Notes under the pieces: model-generated
The model's input: the letters and a program-made list of their open reading frames with translations, nothing else
What the model was told of the DNA's origin: nothing
Databases searched by the model: none
Part shown: positions 62,204 to 64,000 of the stretch, piece after piece
Layout of the letters: each line of letters opens with the position of its first letter
Numbering within the stretch: the first letter of the stretch is position 1
Program-made: the position numbers and the translations under genes
Assembly (NCBI GenBank): GCA_050486285.1
Contig: JBJHCZ010000015.1
Span: forward strand, 4,294 to 68,293
Source of the DNA: Chromatiales bacterium
GTDB lineage: Bacteria; Pseudomonadota; Gammaproteobacteria; SZUA-140
DNA: 64,000 nucleotides
Direction: 5' to 3'

Positions 62204-62917
62204 ATGCAGACGATTCTGGTACTGAACTCGAAAGGCGGCTGCGGCAAGTCGACGATCGCCGTCAATCTCGCGAGCTATTACGCCTCGTGCGGATTGAAGG
62301 CGGCGCTGGTCGATTACGACCCGCAGGGCTCGAGTCTGCAATGGCTCAGTCTTCGTTCAGGCGAGTTCGCGCCGATTCATGGCGTCAATGCCTGTCGCAC
62401 GCGCACCGGCATGACCCGCACCTGGCAGATGCGTCCGCCGCCCGATACCGATCACGTCATCATCGATGCCCCGGCAGGGACCACCGGCGGGGCGTTGCAG
62501 GAAATGCTGCGCCGCACCGATATCATCGTCGTGCCGGTGACGCCTTCGCCGATCGACATCCACGCGACCTCGGATTTCATCCGTGAATTGCTGCTGGTCG
62601 GCAAGGTCCGTTCGCGCGGCATCCATCTCGGCGTCATCGCCAATCGCGTGCGCCGCGACACGCCGCACTACGAACCGCTGAAGCGTTTCCTCGGCAGCCT
62701 GAATATCCCGTTCATCACCTCGCTGACCGATTCCGAGCATTACCTCAACGCAGTGGAATCCGGGGTCGGCATACATGAGCTGGACGAGCGGGAAACGGAA
62801 GTGGAACGGGAGCAATGGTTCCCGCTGATTCGCTGGCTCGCGAACCCCGAGCGCGATCCCGCGGTGAAGGAGCCGCGGCCGAAACTGAACGTGATCAGCG
62901 GATCGGCCGGCGGCTGA
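62204..62917 (+). CDS. Orphan ParA/MinD-family ATPase
   Basis: KGGCGKST deviant Walker A, DYDPQGS, IIDAPAG, PSPID. Confidence 0.88.
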   Translation: MQTILVLNSKGGCGKSTIAVNLASYYASCGLKAALVDYDPQGSSLQWLSLRSGEFAPIHGVNACRTRTGMTRTWQMRPPPDTDHVIIDAPAGTTGGALQEMLRRTDIIVVPVTPSPIDIHATSDFIRELLLVGKVRSRGIHLGVIANRVRRDTPHYEPLKRFLGSLNIPFITSLTDSEHYLNAVESGVGIHELDERETEVEREQWFPLIRWLANPERDPAVKEPRPKLNVISGSAGG

Positions 62918-62923
62918 GGTTGG

Positions 62924-63235
62924 TCAGTGCTCGAAGGTATCGAGCACGTCGTATAGCGTGTGTCTGTCCCCGCCGTCGTCGCCGCTGTCGAAGTCCGCGT
63001 CGAAGCCGCCGTCGAAGTCATAGCGCAGGCTGTCGTTATTTGCCGAGCGCGCCGAGATCGGTCGTAGTCCGGCCTCGAGCAGCGAGTCGAGATCCAGTTC
63101 CTCGATATCGCCGTCACGATACTCGATCTCGATCGCGTCCTCGTCCATGATATCGATGATCCTGAGTTCCCTGCCGTCGAACGTCCGGTACCACTGACCG
63201 GTCCTGATGCCGGGGATGTGCGCCAATCTGGCCAT
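62924..63235 (-). CDS. Small acidic hypothetical protein (GQWY...DGDIEELD)
   Basis: GAGGAGG RBS before the ATG at 63235. Confidence 0.7.
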   Translation of the reverse strand: MARLAHIPGIRTGQWYRTFDGRELRIIDIMDEDAIEIEYRDGDIEELDLDSLLEAGLRPISARSANNDSLRYDFDGGFDADFDSGDDGGDRHTLYDVLDTFEH

Positions 63236-63284
63236 TGTGGACCTCCTCATGAACTGTTACCGATCATGGAGTCGATAGGACCTG

Positions 63285-63518
63285 CTACCTGGCGTCTTCC
63301 TTTGACGTGAGAGAGACGTCCTTCATCACGTTGTTATTGGCGTGCTTGCCCTGCTGTTCCTGATTGATGCGGTCGTAGACTTCCTTGCGATGGATGCTGA
63401 CGTCCCGCGGGGCCTGGATGCCGATCCGGGCCTGGCTGTTCCGGATGGAGCAGATCGTGATCGTGATGTCATCGCCGATCATGAAGGTCTCGCCTACGCG
63501 TCTGGTCAGTATCAGCAT
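63285..63518 (-). CDS. csrA: Carbon storage regulator CsrA/RsmA homolog
   Basis: [32 protein letters not shown]. Confidence 0.93.
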   Translation of the reverse strand: MLILTRRVGETFMIGDDITITICSIRNSQARIGIQAPRDVSIHRKEVYDRINQEQQGKHANNNVMKDVSLTSKEDAR

Positions 63519-63710
63519 GTCTCGTCCTCGAGTTTGCACCGCGCGCCAGCTTCATGCCGGGCCGGGCGGGTGGCTTCTGACGTCGGGCTCCCCGTCGGCG
63601 ACGGGTGGCATGACTCAAGCCTTACCGTGACGATAGGGATTTGGGTCGTGACAGTAAATTCCACAAATGGGGTATTTCGCGGGGTAGTTCAAAGAATCGT
63701 CGGAGGCGCG

Positions 63711-64000
63711 TCAGCGCTGGTTGTAGAGCAGCATCGCCTCGACCAGGGTGTGGACGTGAAGTTTCTGGTAGATATTCTTTAGATGGGTGCGCACGGTTTC
63801 GTAACTGATATGAAGCTCCTCGGCGACCTTCTTGGTGGTGTAGCCGCGCTTGATGAATTCGAGGATCTGGATCTCGCGCTTGGTCAGTTCGTCGAACTTG
63901 GTCTTGCGGGCATTTTGTATCGACGGATGAAAGGTCTCGAGCACCCGCTTGGCGATGACCCGCGACATCGGCGCGCCGCCGTCGACGACCTCCTGGATCG
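63711..64000 (-). CDS. NarL/LuxR-family response regulator (C-terminal part; runs off the window)
   Basis: GGAPMSRVIA, LTKREIQIL, ISYETVRTHLKNIYQKLHV. Confidence 0.9.
   Translation of the reverse strand, partial: IQEVVDGGAPMSRVIAKRVLETFHPSIQNARKTKFDELTKREIQILEFIKRGYTTKKVAEELHISYETVRTHLKNIYQKLHVHTLVEAMLLYNQR

Overview
GC-rich (roughly 65-70% by eye) chromosomal window from what is probably a gammaproteobacterium. It opens with the conserved pheS-pheT-ihfA-MerR-tRNA-Pro(GGG) block. Housekeeping and accessory genes follow: an HDOD-GGDEF protein, ccdA, a kinase/PP2C pair, a DsrE-like triad, cysH, msrA, an ACP-FAAL-acyltransferase, mtnBDC, rlmD, cytochrome c, an OmpR-type two-component pair, pncAB, rimO, an ABC/lipocalin cluster, the Mrp/Pha antiporter, a ParA-like ATPase and csrA. 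The most striking feature is a co-oriented minus-strand cluster at 31716-44269. It encodes a ThDP-dependent carboligase-like enzyme, an O-methyltransferase, two divergent citrate-synthase-fold proteins, a TonB-dependent receptor, an orphan periplasmic binding protein and a 1500-aa hybrid kinase-REC-REC-HPt-REC-GGDEF-EAL protein. I infer that it is a self-contained small-molecule signal synthase plus import and sensing system with c-di-GMP output. Its tailoring and receptor core (about 37.4-42.4 kb) is clearly lower in GC. Two MITE-like inverted-repeat elements, REP-like hairpins and an unannotated 33-aa ORF are also visible. All family assignments come from motif recognition by eye, with no database searches.
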